NCBI GenBank assembly: GCA_951406725.2
Contig: OX597829.1
Span: forward strand, 55,056,001 to 55,120,000
Reading direction: 5' to 3'
Length of the DNA stretch: 64,000 nucleotides
Source of the DNA: Octopus vulgaris
Taxonomy: Eukaryota
Shown: positions 12,257 through 25,799 of the stretch, in pieces
Numbering within the stretch: position 1 is the stretch's first letter
Layout of the letters: each line of letters begins with the position of its first letter
Notes under the pieces: model-generated
Told to the model about the DNA's origin: nothing
The model's database searches: none
What the model saw: only the letters and a program-made list of their open reading frames with translations
Translations under genes and position numbers: made by a program

Positions 12257-15200
12257 TATTTAATATTTTTCTGATCTCTTATTTTGCTTGTGTTTTTCAC
12301 TTTATGCAAATTCATATTAATTATAATTAGGAAAAACCCAGCCTATTCATTCAGTTTTCATGACTCATTATCCTGCAGCATCACACCCATTTATATGTGC
12401 ATTGTGTACTCTACCTGTTGCTGTCACCTTTCTTTATTCTGGCTACTATAAGTTTACTGCCATCACTAGAACTAATTGTTACCTGTATACTAGTTTTAAC
12501 GAGCTTTCTGAGCAATTTAGGGGGCATCAATTCACCTAAATGATAATTATTTCTATTGTATTTGAAGAAATAAAAGTTTTTACTTATAGCTCTTAACATA
12601 TTCTATTGGAACCAGGTTATCAGCCTTCAAAAATTCCTAAAAGCAACCAAACCTAGATTCCAGCATTATTACTCGAGGAATTACAATGAATAGTTATAAA
12701 CTGAAGACAGAATCTTGATGATGGCTGACATGTACACTAAATTTTCCCTGAAATTGCAGTTAATTTGAAATTTACTTACATCATCCTTGTGCAAGTCCTC
12801 GATGGCTCTTCCGAGTTATCCTTGTTCATTTAGTTTTTCTCAGTGTCCACTTAAGTACAAAACATGGGGACCTGTTGCAAAACTATCCTTTTAATCTTTG
12901 TACATACAGCATAAGCCATCTGTCTCCAAACAGATACAGACAATTTAACATATACAGAAAGTGTGTAATATATTCTTGACCAAGTGTAATTTTCATAATT
13001 TAGAACAAAAACAATTCATCCTACCAGGCTTTTTGAAATATTTTTCTTTAGATTTTTCCTTATGCAATTTACTTTTGCCGAAGAATGTACTAAATTCATT
13101 CTGTATGTGTTTAATTGTCCATATCTAGAAATGACCTTGCTACATTGATGTGACCAAACTGAGTTTCAAACACATCCATAACTCTTTTTTTCTCCACTTT
13201 TTCTACTCTCCATAACAGAGACTAGATGTCCTTTTTTCAAAACATGAAAAAATGTTAACTCAACCAGGAAATTCTTAATTTCTTGGTATTATCTCCTCTT
13301 GTCATTTGGCATATAAGATTATCACCACTAAGCTTTGGTTCCACTCCCCCTTTCGTACTGGTTATTTTAAATTTAGCATTTATCATATGTCGGATAGTAA
13401 ACACCCCATCAACTTTGTGATCTAACTTCATATTACTTGTAATTTTAAGTAATTTTTGTATTTATACATATGTAAGTATATAAATGCAGTTTGGTTGAAT
13501 ATTTAAGAAACATGTACCTTTAACCCTTAGGAGACAACAGAACCAGTCTATCAGCCAAAAAGTCGAATGACAAAGAAGATTGTATTAGTCCATCAACATC
13601 TTACAAGAATACATATAGTTTTATATATGTAAAGTAATTACTTTTTTTTTTCTTTTTTAAAAAATAAGTGCATGCCCTCTGTAAGGCTTGTGAAAAGGGC
13701 TCTGTCTTTTTGGTACTGAAACTCCAAGAGGCTCTGTCTCCAAAGGGTTAAATCTTGTATATAGATGCAGACATGGCTTTGTGGTTCAGAAATTTGCCTC
13801 TCAGTCATGTTCAGTCCCGCTGTGCAGAACCTTCTACTGTAGCTCCTGGCTATCAAGTGCCTTGTGAGTGAATTTGAGACATGGAAACTGTGTGAAGCCC
13901 ATCATGTGTGTACATGGATGTGTCTGAATATTTGCATACTGCGTTATGGAATAAAAAGTGATGAAATTTGTTGATATTCCCTATCAGCAAGTTATCTGCT
14001 AGCTCTGCACTTTCAAAGACATATGGAACAAAAAAATCCTTTGCTTGAAAACATGTAAGGATTAGTAACAAGATAGGTATGTGTTTGTAAAACAATGTCT
14101 CAATAATGTGCATTGGTCTAACCCATGCTAGCATAAAAAACAAAAAATGAATGTAAAATGAATTGATGTATACACCCATAAATGCACATTATAACCAGAA
14201 TTTCTTCTTGCCATCAGTCCTCACCTGTTTCTAAGCAAGTTGATATTTTTCCTAGTTTTTCATGCAATAAACAGCTCAGTGACCGGACATGTTGCCAAAG
14301 AATATTGCAAACAAGTGAGACCATTTTTATGAATGCAAATGTCTCGATTCACTTGCAAAGCATTGGTCAGCCTGGAGCTGTAGTAGAAGATACTTGTGGA
14401 ATTGAACGTGAAATGTTGTAGTTACAAAATGAACTTGTGAACCACATAGGCATACCTGCCCCTTAATGCATGTATGTGTGAGTTCCATTCACTTTGAATG
14501 CACAACACTGCCTTCTACAGCCATCTCCCTCCTCCTTGTCCAAATCAATATGGTCTTCTATCTTTGACTCTGCATCCGATTCCTCTTTGGTTTTTCTCTC
14601 AGTTCTGCCTTGCACATGAGTATTACACACCCAGTGAACTATGTTGTCATTCATTTCCATGCCAAAAGAAAAGAATGATGTGTGTGTGTCTATTCTGTGT
14701 ATGTATGTATGTATGTATGTATATATATATATATATAGCAGAAGCAACAAAGTGACTCAAAGGCCAAGAGTTTGATGCATTAGCCTTTCAGTCACTCTGT
14801 TGCATCCGCTAAATATTAACAGAAAATGGCGCCTGTGCTGGTGACTTGTAAAAGTACCCATTAAACTCTTGGGATGGTTGGCATTAAGGGCATGTAGCCA
14901 TAGAAAACGATGCCAAATCAGTCTAGTGCAGCCTCCCAGCATGGACAATAGATGTTAAATGATGATAATACACACTCACACACATGGTTCAGTAAGTCCT
15001 GTTTTTTTTTAACCATTTTTAGCTTTTTTTAAGAGGTTTTTCTTTAGGATAGTATAATGTGACAATAGGATGAAGAACCCTAGTTTGCAAAATGAACCCA
15101 AGTTGAAATCAGTTAATCATATTTATTGTTACTTTAGATTGAAATATGAAAACTGTTGGTCTGCTAGAGCTAGAAATAAGAATAGAAAAACAGAATTTAT

Positions 15201-15349
15201 CATATGGTTGGCTTTAGGAAGGGCATCCAGCCATAGAAAACCAGACTGCCAAATTAGACTGGAGTCTGGTGCAACCTTTCAGCATGCTAGCCTGGTCAAA
15301 CTGTCCAACCCATGCCAGCATGGACAATGGACATTAAATGATGATATAG

Positions 15350-15715
15350 GTGTCTCTTTGAGAGGCGGTTGGATGGAACCTACACCCGCCTCCTTATGAG
15401 AGCTCAAAATCTCTCGTGGAAGTGTCATCCAACCAAAATGCAAATATATGGGAAACTACCACCTGTGTCATCTCTTGTGAAAGGTAGAAGAGTCCAGTTT
15501 GCTGGACATTGTTGTAGAGCTGAAAACGAGGCAATTTCTACTCTTCTCCTCTGGAAGCCATCTACTCGCAATACCGGAGGGTGCACACTCTCCTATCCTG
15601 ATGTAATCTCCAGGGATACAGGCATCCAGCAACAGGACCTCCGTAATGCTATGATGGATCGTGAAGTCTGGCGTAGTATGGTAAATTCCATTGTCTCGAC
15701 CACGGTCGGTCGGTG
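15350..15715 (+). mobile_element. RTE-like LINE 3' fragment
   Basis: RRVQFAGHCCR..LLLWKP..YPDVISRDTG..DLRNAMMDREVWR. Confidence 0.75.
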
Positions 15716-15949
15716 TCTTTTTCTTTTGATAAAGGATTTTTCTGTGTGGTGATGAATGTCAATAACCTGGAATTGTTTGCTAATGTAGCATTCATGTTTT
15801 GCTGACAACTTGTCAAAATATTTCACATAACAAGTACTCCCTGGTGGTGGTGGTGGAATAATCTCTCAAACAGGCGGGAACACATGCACAACAACTTGGA
15901 TGGAATTTTCAGAATATGAGATTAGACACAGTAAGACAGGAGGGTAAAA

Positions 15950-17670
15950 CCAGGAGCTGCAATGACTGTGGTAGAGTATTTAGGAGCAAATGTGGCATGA
16001 AGGTTCATCAAAAGAAATCGAAATGCAAAGAAAACACAAAGCATTTGATACTATCAGGGGCCTATTTCTGTGAATATTAAAACTGTGAGTCAACCAGAAG
16101 AGAATCGGGGTCAGAAGGTAAACCGCAGTTTCCAGGGTCTCCTTGCTCAAAGGTACAAGAAGAAAGGATGAATCCCAAGGCCTTGAAGGCTTTGAGAAAA
16201 ACCACAGCTGAATTTGCTGCTAACAACAGATCTGAGATAGGACCTGTTGGACAAGGACTTGAACAACATTCTGAAGGGAGATGCTATCAGGAAGATGAGA
16301 ATCATGGTACAAGTGGTATACCAGCATGCCAAGATACCATTGGCATGAAAGAAGACAAAAACCAACAAACAGAACTGTCCCCGTATGAGGCAGTGCGAGA
16401 TGGCAGAACTGAGGAAAAAGCTAAGGCAACTGAAGAAAAGGTGGAGAGATGCAAATGATGGAAAAAAAAAAAGGGATTTTAAACCAGCTTTGCTTGGAGT
16501 TTCAAAGAAACCAGCTCCAGCTTTGCAGGGCAGAGTCTCTTCAGGAAAAATAAGGACGAGAGAGAAGCAAATGAAAACCTATTTTGACAACCTCTTTCAA
16601 TTCACAGCTGATTGCCTTGGCAGGCCAGAAAGCACAATATGCTCCAAGGAAGAGTTGGAAAGCAGAGTAGGAGCAACACATGATGACCCCAGATGAGATA
16701 TTCTGTCAGGAGATTGTCCCTTTCTGCTGCCAATGCTCAAACTTCACACCCTTTTCAACATGACAGACTTCACTATTGACAAAGTGAGGGCTGTGGTGGA
16801 AACAGCTTGCGCAGGTTCTGCTCTAGGGCCATTTGGCACCACATATAGAATTTACCAAAAATGCCCACTATTGTTAAGGAGCCTAGCAAGGTTATTATGT
16901 TTCATCTGAAAGAAGCAGAAACCCTAGCTCTGGATGCTCAGTGAGGGCCGTTTTGTTCCAGAAGATGAAAATTCAGCAGGATTTAACTAGTCTTGAGAGA
17001 CCACTCTCTTAGAAGTTGAGGGTAAAATCTTTTGGGCTATCATGGACAAAAGGTTATCATCATATCTCTTGGCCAACGTGTGTATCAAAATGAGTTCCAG
17101 AAAGGAGGGGTCCTAACCTGCTCTAGATGCTTTGAATATACATCATTAAGAAGGCAAAGAGGAATGACCCACTCTCCATTGTAGGGTTGGATTTTGCCAA
17201 AGCATACCTAGACATGCATCACCAGCTTCTCCAAGTACCAACAGATATAGTCAAACTCATAAAGTCATACATGGATTTAACAAAGATGAGGTTCATCATT
17301 GGAAATTTTATCACTGAATGGCAGAGCCTGGAAAAGGGGCATTATGGCAGAATGCACGGTTTCCACAGTCCTATTTGTGGTAGCCATGAAACCACTACTA
17401 GATGTGAGAGGGAAACAGTCAAGGGGTTCCAAAACTCACAAAAACACAAGGAATCCAGTTTGCAGGGCCTATGGACCACATGACAGTCATGACACCATCT
17501 ACCAAAGGAAGACAGTAGACATTGAACTCACTGGAAAAGATGATCACATGAAATTTAATCCACCAAAATCTTGATGCCCAAGTATCCTCAAGGAAAGCTG
17601 ATAAATGATGTCTTCAGCACTCAGGAGTCCAACAATCCAGGCAAAAAATCTAATGCCTTGGGAAAAATTA
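15950..17670 (+). mobile_element. HERO/R2-group non-LTR retrotransposon relic
   Basis: N-terminal C2H2-like CNDCGRVFRSKCGMKVHQKKSKC; GPFGTTYRIYQKCP; LLEVEGKIFWAI; LDFAKAY; EWQSLEKG-IMAECTVSTVLFVVAM; MKFNPPKS; many frameshifts. Confidence 0.75.
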
Positions 17671-17999
17671 TGATCTTACTTTTAACCCTTTGGCACTTAA
17701 ACTGGCCATAACCAACCAAAATATTCTACCTGCTTCATGTTCGCACTGGTCGGATCTGGTCTCTCATGCTTACCATACAATGTCATTCTGAAAATAAACA
17801 ATTACATCATCAAAATCTCAGATATGTAAGATAATTTATGATTAATTCAACTTTATTTCCAGTAACATTTAGGATGGAATACTTTGATCTTCTGGTTAGA
17901 ACTTTGAAAGATTTTGTATATGGGCTTGTACAGCATCATACCAAACAGACATAAGTATTATTGTTGAATATCAGATGGAACATGTATCGTGATATTCTG

Positions 18000-20400
18000 A
18001 AAATGAGGAGCAACAGATGACAGATTGAACATATAGTTCATTGAATCTTGGGAATTTTGAAGTGAGAAAGGGATAATTGTTTGTCCAGGTAGCATCAATG
18101 TTCAGCTGACATAGAACCAATTCCTTCTTTGATCAGGGAATGAATTCTAAGATGGATAAGTGGCAATTATTCCAGCTAGTTGCTATTATCATAAGCTCTG
18201 ATGACAGACAACTGTTGTTGGTGGAATCTGTTAACCATGTCATTAGCTGCAGGATGTTAAGCAATTGTGTACATCAACATATAACCAAGAAGTGTCAGTT
18301 CTGTAAGCAAGTTTGCTTCAAATTGGCATCTTCTCTCTGTCTCTCTGAAGTGGTATACCAAAATGTGGAATCCAGTGTCAAACTAGCGCTTTAGCAATGG
18401 TTTCCTCCATGATGGTCTGACAGAAGGATGACTTCAGGCCTAAGAGAAAACTGGTCCATGCACATCAGAAGGTGCATAAAGTTTTGAGAAGGTGGCAGGG
18501 GCCTTAAAATAGCAATATATATGTGCTGAAAGCATGCATCCAGTGTCTACAAAGTGCCCAGAGATTATTTAACATGGTGATGACCTGGCAATGGACACAA
18601 TTCCTGGCCCATTCTCTGATGGGTTTGTTCATTATAGGCCACACAAAATAGGCCGATATCAACTTCAGGGTGGAGAGCAAAGCCAAACATCTGTGTTTCT
18701 GTAATACATAGATGTCCCATTCATTGGGATGTTTGGTGGCGAGATGACATAGCAACAATAACCTGAAGAAGGTAGAGAAAGAAGAATAATTTTGGAAGTT
18801 TGAAGAGCTCATCATCTTATTCTTGATCAGCAACCAGTTCCTAGAGGTTGATGGAAGCAGGAGTTTGTAATGCATTAATGTGGATAAGAAAAAAATGCAT
18901 CAGCAGCAGAATGGTGAATATCTGTTGTAAAATGGGGCATGAAGTTGAGGTAATGAACTTCCCTAGCTGAGTGGCAGTTAGGCTTGGAATTCATAGCATA
19001 TGTAAGGGGGTTCATGATCTGTGTAAACAGAGAAAACAAAACTGTGTGAGCGAGAAATGTTTAACACTGAGGTGCACTGCAAGTTGTTCCCAGCCAAGAG
19101 TACTGTACTTTGTTTTAGCCAATGAAAGCTTCTTAGAAAAGAAGGCAGTTTACCATGTACCATTATTGTATTGCTGAAGAATGCCACTGACACCAGCATC
19201 GGATGCATCAGGATTAGGATTAACCAACATAGTAATGTCGGCTAAAGATCTTGAGTTTAAGAAAGACAGCAAACTCTGTATAACGGAGAATAATGGACTG
19301 GTTCTTGCATGTACAATTGGCTGAGATATCTGTGAGGAGTTGAAGCTGTTCTGCATAATGGGAAATAAATTGATGATAGTTTCTCAACTTGACCAATTTC
19401 TGTCTATTTCCTCAGTGATGTAAGAAAAGGAAAATCTAAGGTCAATTTGACTTTGTCAATTCAATGTCCCAGGAAATCTTAAGAAGAAACCCCACAAAAG
19501 GCCACTTACTGTAGTTTCTAATCACACCATGTCAAGGAAGATGATTGGAAAGTAACTGCAAGTGTTCTCTTGTTCATCTTTGGTTGCACTGGCAATCATC
19601 AGATTATTGCTATGTGCTATGATGAAGGGTAGTCTGTGAACTACATTATCAATGAAATGCTGTTTGTAAAGCATTGCATGAACCAAAAATCAACCTGTGG
19701 AATTCAGAAAGACCAAAAGATGTGATGGCCATTTTAGGAATATTGTCTCAGCAATATTTGATTATAAGCATAGACAAAATTGATTTTTGAAGACATTTTA
19801 GTACCATGCAGCATGGAAGAAAAAAACTCCTGTATATGAAGTATTTGTCAGTTCTTATATGCACATTGAGAATCTGTTAGTCACCATAAGGCCACTAGTT
19901 ACCTGCAGATTTTTTGGGGAACCATATGAAGAGGAGAGGCACAACTGTTGCTAGAAGGACAAATTATGCCCAGTTTTCATGGCAATCTTAGCATGATCAA
20001 GAGCAAGTCACCAGGGAGAAGAAACCACTGGAGGTCTTTCAGTAATCATGCAGTCAGTTATTGTGATTCATTGAAAAGTTTTTGAAAACAGGGTAAGAGA
20101 TGTTAGGGTGTTTGCACCAAATAGCATCATACCTTCTTGAAGAAGAAGGGTCCAAGAAGACAGGACTGAAAGAACCCTTGTGCTAACACCTTGAACATAT
20201 AGCTAGCATTGAAATCAACTAATCTGTAGTGTTTACCATAATGACAAGGGTAAAATGGTACAAAAAAATCAACTCCAAGAATCAGTCAGCACTTTAGCAA
20301 TGAAACACTTTGTTACCCTTTGCCCCAGTGTCCACAAGAAATGAGAATCTCTTGATTAGCCGTTAACATTGAAGAGTTTAGGAGGAGCCAGGTGCAGTCA
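18000..20400 (-). mobile_element. Ty3/gypsy LTR retrotransposon internal relic with RT, RNase H and integrase
   Basis: DASDAGVSGILQQ..AFFSKKL..YTDHEP (RNase H) and FVWPIMNKPIREWARNCVHCQ (integrase Zn domain), in RT-RH-IN order. Confidence 0.85.
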
Positions 20401-21390
20401 TCATTTATTTCTATCCTTGCCATTCCTAGATGAGATTTTTAAAAAATTAAAATTGAATTTATAAAACGTTTCTAGAGTGTAGTTTTTAATAATTGCTCTC
20501 TTTTAACGAAAGTCCATGCAACTAATTAATAAGCAGCTTCCTTTATTTTGTGTATGTTTGTCATCATCATCATCATCATCGTTTAACGTCCGTTCTCCAT
20601 GCTAGCATGGGTTGGACGGTTTGACCGGGGATCTGGGAAGCCAAAAGGCTGCACCAGGCTCCAGTATTATCTGGCAATGTTTCTACAGCTGGATGCCCTT
20701 CCTAATGCCAACCACTCCGTGAGTGTAGTGGGTGCTTTTTACGTGCCACCTGCACGGGTGCCATGCGAGGCTGGCAACGGCCATGGTTGGATTGGTGTAT
20801 TTTACGTGCCACCGGCACGGAAGCCAGTCGAGGCAGCGCTGGCATCTATATATATAAAATATGACTTTCTGTTGGTGTGTGTGTAGTGTTCTTTTTTTAT
20901 TTTAATTTTTCCCATAAAGAACAAAGAGACGAGAATACATCTAGAATTTGTATGTCAGTAGCTATTAGCAAAAACCAGTTGAAATTTACAAAAATCTTGC
21001 CTGTTTTTTGTAATTTTACTTACTCATCAATTTTGCAATCTATACATCACTGAAGCTGCAGAAAAGGCCACTAGGTAACTGTGGATAAAGAGGCACTGGG
21101 ATGCAAGTTGGGATTTGGTTGATCCCAGCCTGGGCCAACACTAACATCACTGCTGATGCATCACAGAACATCCTTGAGATGCGTCCTAAAACTAAAACTC
21201 TCTGCTAATCACTTTTTATCCAAAGACCTCAACCTGATTTTTGACACTTCAGCATTTTATTACATAGTCAAATGCACTGATAATTATAGGCATAAGTGGA
21301 AATTTATAATCACAGATGCTGCGGGTATCAAAGTATCTGTAAATCATCTTTTTCACTGATCAAGTGTGTCTATTTATTTTTGTCCTACAG

Positions 21391-21550
21391 AGAGGAAGCA
21401 GCTTATAGTCTCATCATCATATAACATCCATGTTCCATGCTGGCATGGCTTGGATGGTTTCTCAAGCTCTGATGTGACCAAGAACTGCATCAAGCTCCAA
21501 CAAAAATGTACTCTGAGTAAGATTGACTGGTTCTAGTTATTTGCATACAG
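21391..21550 (+). other. Candidate 5'UTR exon containing an antisense SINE fragment
   Basis: tttattttttgtcctacag-type acceptor ending 21390, then CAG|GTATGT donor. It is followed by a 130-nt intron with TACTAAT branch point (21637-21643) and ttcttttatttgttttgcag acceptor at 21680. Confidence 0.4.
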
Positions 21551-22031
21551 GTATGTTCTCCAGTAGTGTCTGTAGAATTTCATTGGGCAAACAAAACAAT
21601 GCCTACTCAAAAATGAGTTGACATTAAGATGGTAATTACTAATCAAAATCAGATAATCTGTTCTTTTATTTGTTTTGCAGGAAGAATCTTCTTGTGCGAC
21701 CCAGTTCTATTTATATATCAAGTCTGAATGTATAGAAAAAGGAGTGTGTGTATTAACTTTTGTTTCAGTCATTAGATTGCAGCCATACTTACACATACAC
21801 ATGCATATATATGTATACATACATGTATACACACACACATAATAATTTTATATTCAGATAGACACCTTTTAGTTTGCTGTTTAAAGCCCATCCACAGTAT
21901 TTGGCTACCTGGTGTCAGCAACAGTATGGAGGTATATGCCACTGGATTTACTTCAGGAATTGCTTTGTGTCCATAGAGTTTACAAAATATATGAGACAAA
22001 GCAAATGAAATTTACGAGAATCTTTATTATT

Positions 22032-22132
22032 AACTACTCCTGTTTTGACCCATCGTACACCGGTGCCTCCCAAGTGAGATGCTATACAAACAGTTGTTGT
22101 GCATCGAAGGCACAGATGTGTCTCATGAGGTA
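22032..22132 (-). ncRNA. Decayed hammerhead, left arm of foldback
   Basis: Minus strand reads tac-CTCATGA-gacacatc...gatgggtc-AAAAC-agga-GTA-gtt. Confidence 0.45.
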
Positions 22133-22603
22133 CTCATAAGCAATAAGGTGACATATAATAAATCAAAAAGTTAAAATATAATTAATAAATGAATTAAATT
22201 ATATGTTGTATACTGATAATGAAATGTTATTAAGTAAAACTGTAAGAGAACCATTACACATCAGAATGCAACGAAAACAATCAGACACTCAAATTGACCT
22301 AAGCTGACCTTTACATTTTCACAAAACAAATCATTTGTTTCATGGAAATGTGAAAAAAAGGTCAGTTTAGGTCAATTTGAATGTCTGATTGTTTTCGTTG
22401 CATTCTGATGTGTACGGTTCTTTTATGACTCATTATCCGTTTACACTGTATCATTTATTCTCTGTAGGCCATTGCTTATGAAATGAATTCTACATTGTAA
22501 CCCAGTTCCTCATGTAGACAACTAATACACTACAACTACCAAAATGTATTCAAATAGAAATAAGTGAAATGGAGATTAAAGAACAAAGTACCTGTGGATA
22601 AGT

Positions 22604-22704
22604 CACCTGATGAAATGCATCCGTATCTACAATGCACCACAACTGTTTGTACATTATGTCACCTGTGATGCACCGGTGCATGATGAATCATAACAATAGT
22701 AGTG
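22604..22704 (+). ncRNA. Decayed hammerhead, right arm of foldback
   Basis: cac-CTGATGA-aatgcatc...gatgaatc-ATAAC-aata-GTA-gtg; stem I cac/gtg. Confidence 0.45.
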
Positions 22705-22775
22705 AATAACAAAGAATCTCGTGAATTCCATTTCCTTATACGTATCTACCTATCTCTATCTGTCTGTCTGTCTCA

Positions 22776-22822
<47 letters not shown>

Positions 22823-23037
22823 TAACTAATGTAGGATAAAATTTTTTCCCCAAAAAAAATTTTATCAATGGCCAGCATATCAAAAAATACCTTTAAAGGT
22901 TAAATTTATAAATAATTTACAAAATGAGGGCAGAAGAAAAATTCTAATGCCAAATATGCCGGAAAAAAGACAAAAATTGTCAATAACCATTATAATTTAT
23001 GCGTCTCGAAACAAACCGATAGAAATTTCTAAAAATC

Positions 23038-23108
23038 CGTTATTACCGTATTGGTCCCAATTTCGGGGTTAATTCATAAGAATTTTCCCCTCTTCAGCGA
23101 TAAATACG
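23038..23108 (-). ncRNA. Type-I hammerhead ribozyme with intact core
   Basis: Minus strand reads cgtat-ttatcg-CTGAAGA-GGGG-aaaattcttatgaattaa-CCCC-GAAA-TTGGGACCAA-TA^cggtaa-taacg. All three stems pair and the cleavage triplet is AUA. Confidence 0.8.
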
Positions 23109-23564
23109 TGAGATATAAGTGAAATACTTACTCATACCCATGGAAAAAGCAAGCACTAAGTCCTGAGCATTATATAAATTATAATGGTTATTAACAATTT
23201 TTGTCTTTTTTTCGGCATATTTGGCATTAGAATTTTTCTTCTGCCCTCATTTTGTAAATTATATATATATATATATATCATCATCATCATTTAATGTCTG
23301 TTGTCCATGCTGGCATGGGTTCGACGGTTTGACTAGGGCTGACAAGCTGAGGGGCTGCACCAGACTCCAGTCTGGTTTGGCATAGTTTTCTACAGCTGGA
23401 TGCCATTGCTAATGCCAAGCACGCCGAGAGTGTAACAGGTGCCTTTTTTTAATGTACCACTGGCACCAGTATCTGCCACGGCTACAATTTCACTTGGTTT
23501 GATCGATCTTCTACTCATATATATTATATACACACACATCCACACAAGCATATAAATACACATT

Positions 23565-23880
23565 GTAGCACTCCTTCTATTACGATGACAAGGGTTCCAG
23601 TTGATCCGATCGATGGAACAGCCTGCTCGTGAGATTAACATGCAAGTGGCTGAGCACTCCACAGACACGTGTACTCTTAACATAGTGTGACAAAGCTGGA
23701 CCAGGTACAACTGAAACAGGAAGAAAGAGTACAGCAGGGTTTGCCACCACGCCCTGCTGGAGCCTCATGGAGCTTTAGCCGTTTTCGCTCAGTAAACACA
23801 CTGCCCGGTCTGGGAATCGAAACTGTGATCCTACGACTGTGAGTCCACTGCCCTAACCACTGGGCCATTGCGCCTCCACT
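23565..23880 (-). mobile_element. tRNA-derived SINE, family D
   Basis: Minus strand head tggcccagtggttagggc..gtttcgattccc contains A and B boxes. Confidence 0.7.
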
Positions 23881-25799
23881 TAAATACACATATATGTAGT
23901 ATATACATATACTTATTTACCCTCTATTTGTATACACTCTATTAACTGGTGTTTACAGGAGTGCTGACCAAAGATCAAGCTCAGGTTTATTAGTACTTTC
24001 TTATCTTGTGTGTATGTTTCATTTTGTAATATTCTATAGAAACTAAACTCCTTAAAATAGATTCTCGGTTCTTAAAAGATCCTTTTTCTCTTTAGATATA
24101 AATATTTATTGATAGATTGCCAACATGCTCCCTGTTCTTTGTATCCCGTTTCAAACAAACATCTTTTGAACCTTCTAGTGTCAGCAGTGACAGGAACAGA
24201 GTACTGTTGTGGTTTCACCAATTCAGAGAAAAATGGAGCTAAGCAAATCAGTATTATTATTATTATTATTATTGTTTATTGTTGTTGTTGTTGTTGGTGC
24301 ATCAGGCAGAATGCTGAGTGGCATTTCTTCTTGCTCTTTCTGTTCTGAGTTCAAATGCTGTTGAGGTTGGCTTTTCTTTTCAACCTTTTTAAGTTGATAA
24401 ACTTAGTACCAGTTCAGTACTAGGGGGTAATGTAATCAGCTTCCCCCTCCCCTCAAAATTACTGGCCTTGTACTAAAACCAGAAAAAAAAAATCATTGTT
24501 ATTATTATTTTTGTTCATTGTTATTATGGTTATTATTATTTTTGATTGTATTAATTTGTACTTAAGTGCTCTACTCAAGTTTCTTTGTTTATTCATATGT
24601 CTAGATAAGTTTTCATTGTTGATATGTTATTTATCTTTTAATCTAACCAAGATTCCAAAGGGCTGTTAGCTCTTTTGTTCCTGTGGGGTAGAAAATTTAA
24701 AGGTTTTTTTCCCCTCCTTCTTTAACAAAAATTTCAGAAATTTAAAAGATGGTAATGTGCTTAAAAGCCACTCTGCTAGAGGAAGAAGTAGATAATTCAA
24801 AAAGAGGCAAAAACCTACTTCGGAATCTCTTCCTTTCAATTGATTAAATGAACAAAGATTTTTCTCCTCCACCTCTTCCTCCATGTATAATGTAAAATGT
24901 CTGGAAAGCAATACCACCTTTACTACTGCAATGAACAGGAACAGCAACAACATTCCAAACAAAGAGAAAAATAGACAACTACATATCAAATTTCGTCACA
25001 TCAAGTCATAGTGCTGACTGCAAAAAACACTGATGATGGCAGCAGCTATAGCAGAAAAAAATGAAGATCAAAAGCACTACTATCACCAGTGCTACCATCA
25101 TTGCCACTGCTGTGTTAGCAGTGACAGCAGCAGCAACAATGACAAAAATAACAAAGAATGTGATAACAAGCAAAGCACCCTTTTCACTATCAGCACCATT
25201 ATGACTGCTACTGACGCTTACATTGACACTACTAATACTACTATTATTATTTACTACTGTAACTGCACAAAGTAGTAGCAGTGTTGTACCACAAACGTGA
25301 AACCCTTCACAAAAGCAGCAACAAATATCATCCCGGTTTCTATTGCAGGCACACCAATTTAAAAATTGTTGAACAACTTGTAAAAAAAATCTGTTAAGAG
25401 GAATGTTACAGGTAACCCCAAAAGCCTAATAGAGAAAATTGCCAGATGAACAATAGTTTACAAATGTGTGTTGCTCAGAAACCGATGTGTGAAATGGCCG
25501 CTCGTACCTTAGTTGAATGGAGCTTGTGAGAAATATGGGTGAATATAGATTTGTAAAAGTGCAGTTCTTCAATGAGAACTGCAAAAAGATTTACAAAAAT
25601 TTACTCAAAATAGTGTGAATGCATGTGGTTTAGGGTTGTCTTGGAAGCAGAGGCTCAAAAACCTCAAATCACTAGACATAGATGGGGTTGGCCATCAGCA
25701 AAACCAAAATTTCTGAGATACATGCCTTTTTGCTCATCTTCAATATCTATGAAATATACAGGTCTCTAAGCTGAGCAGGATTGGAATGTAGATTTTACT

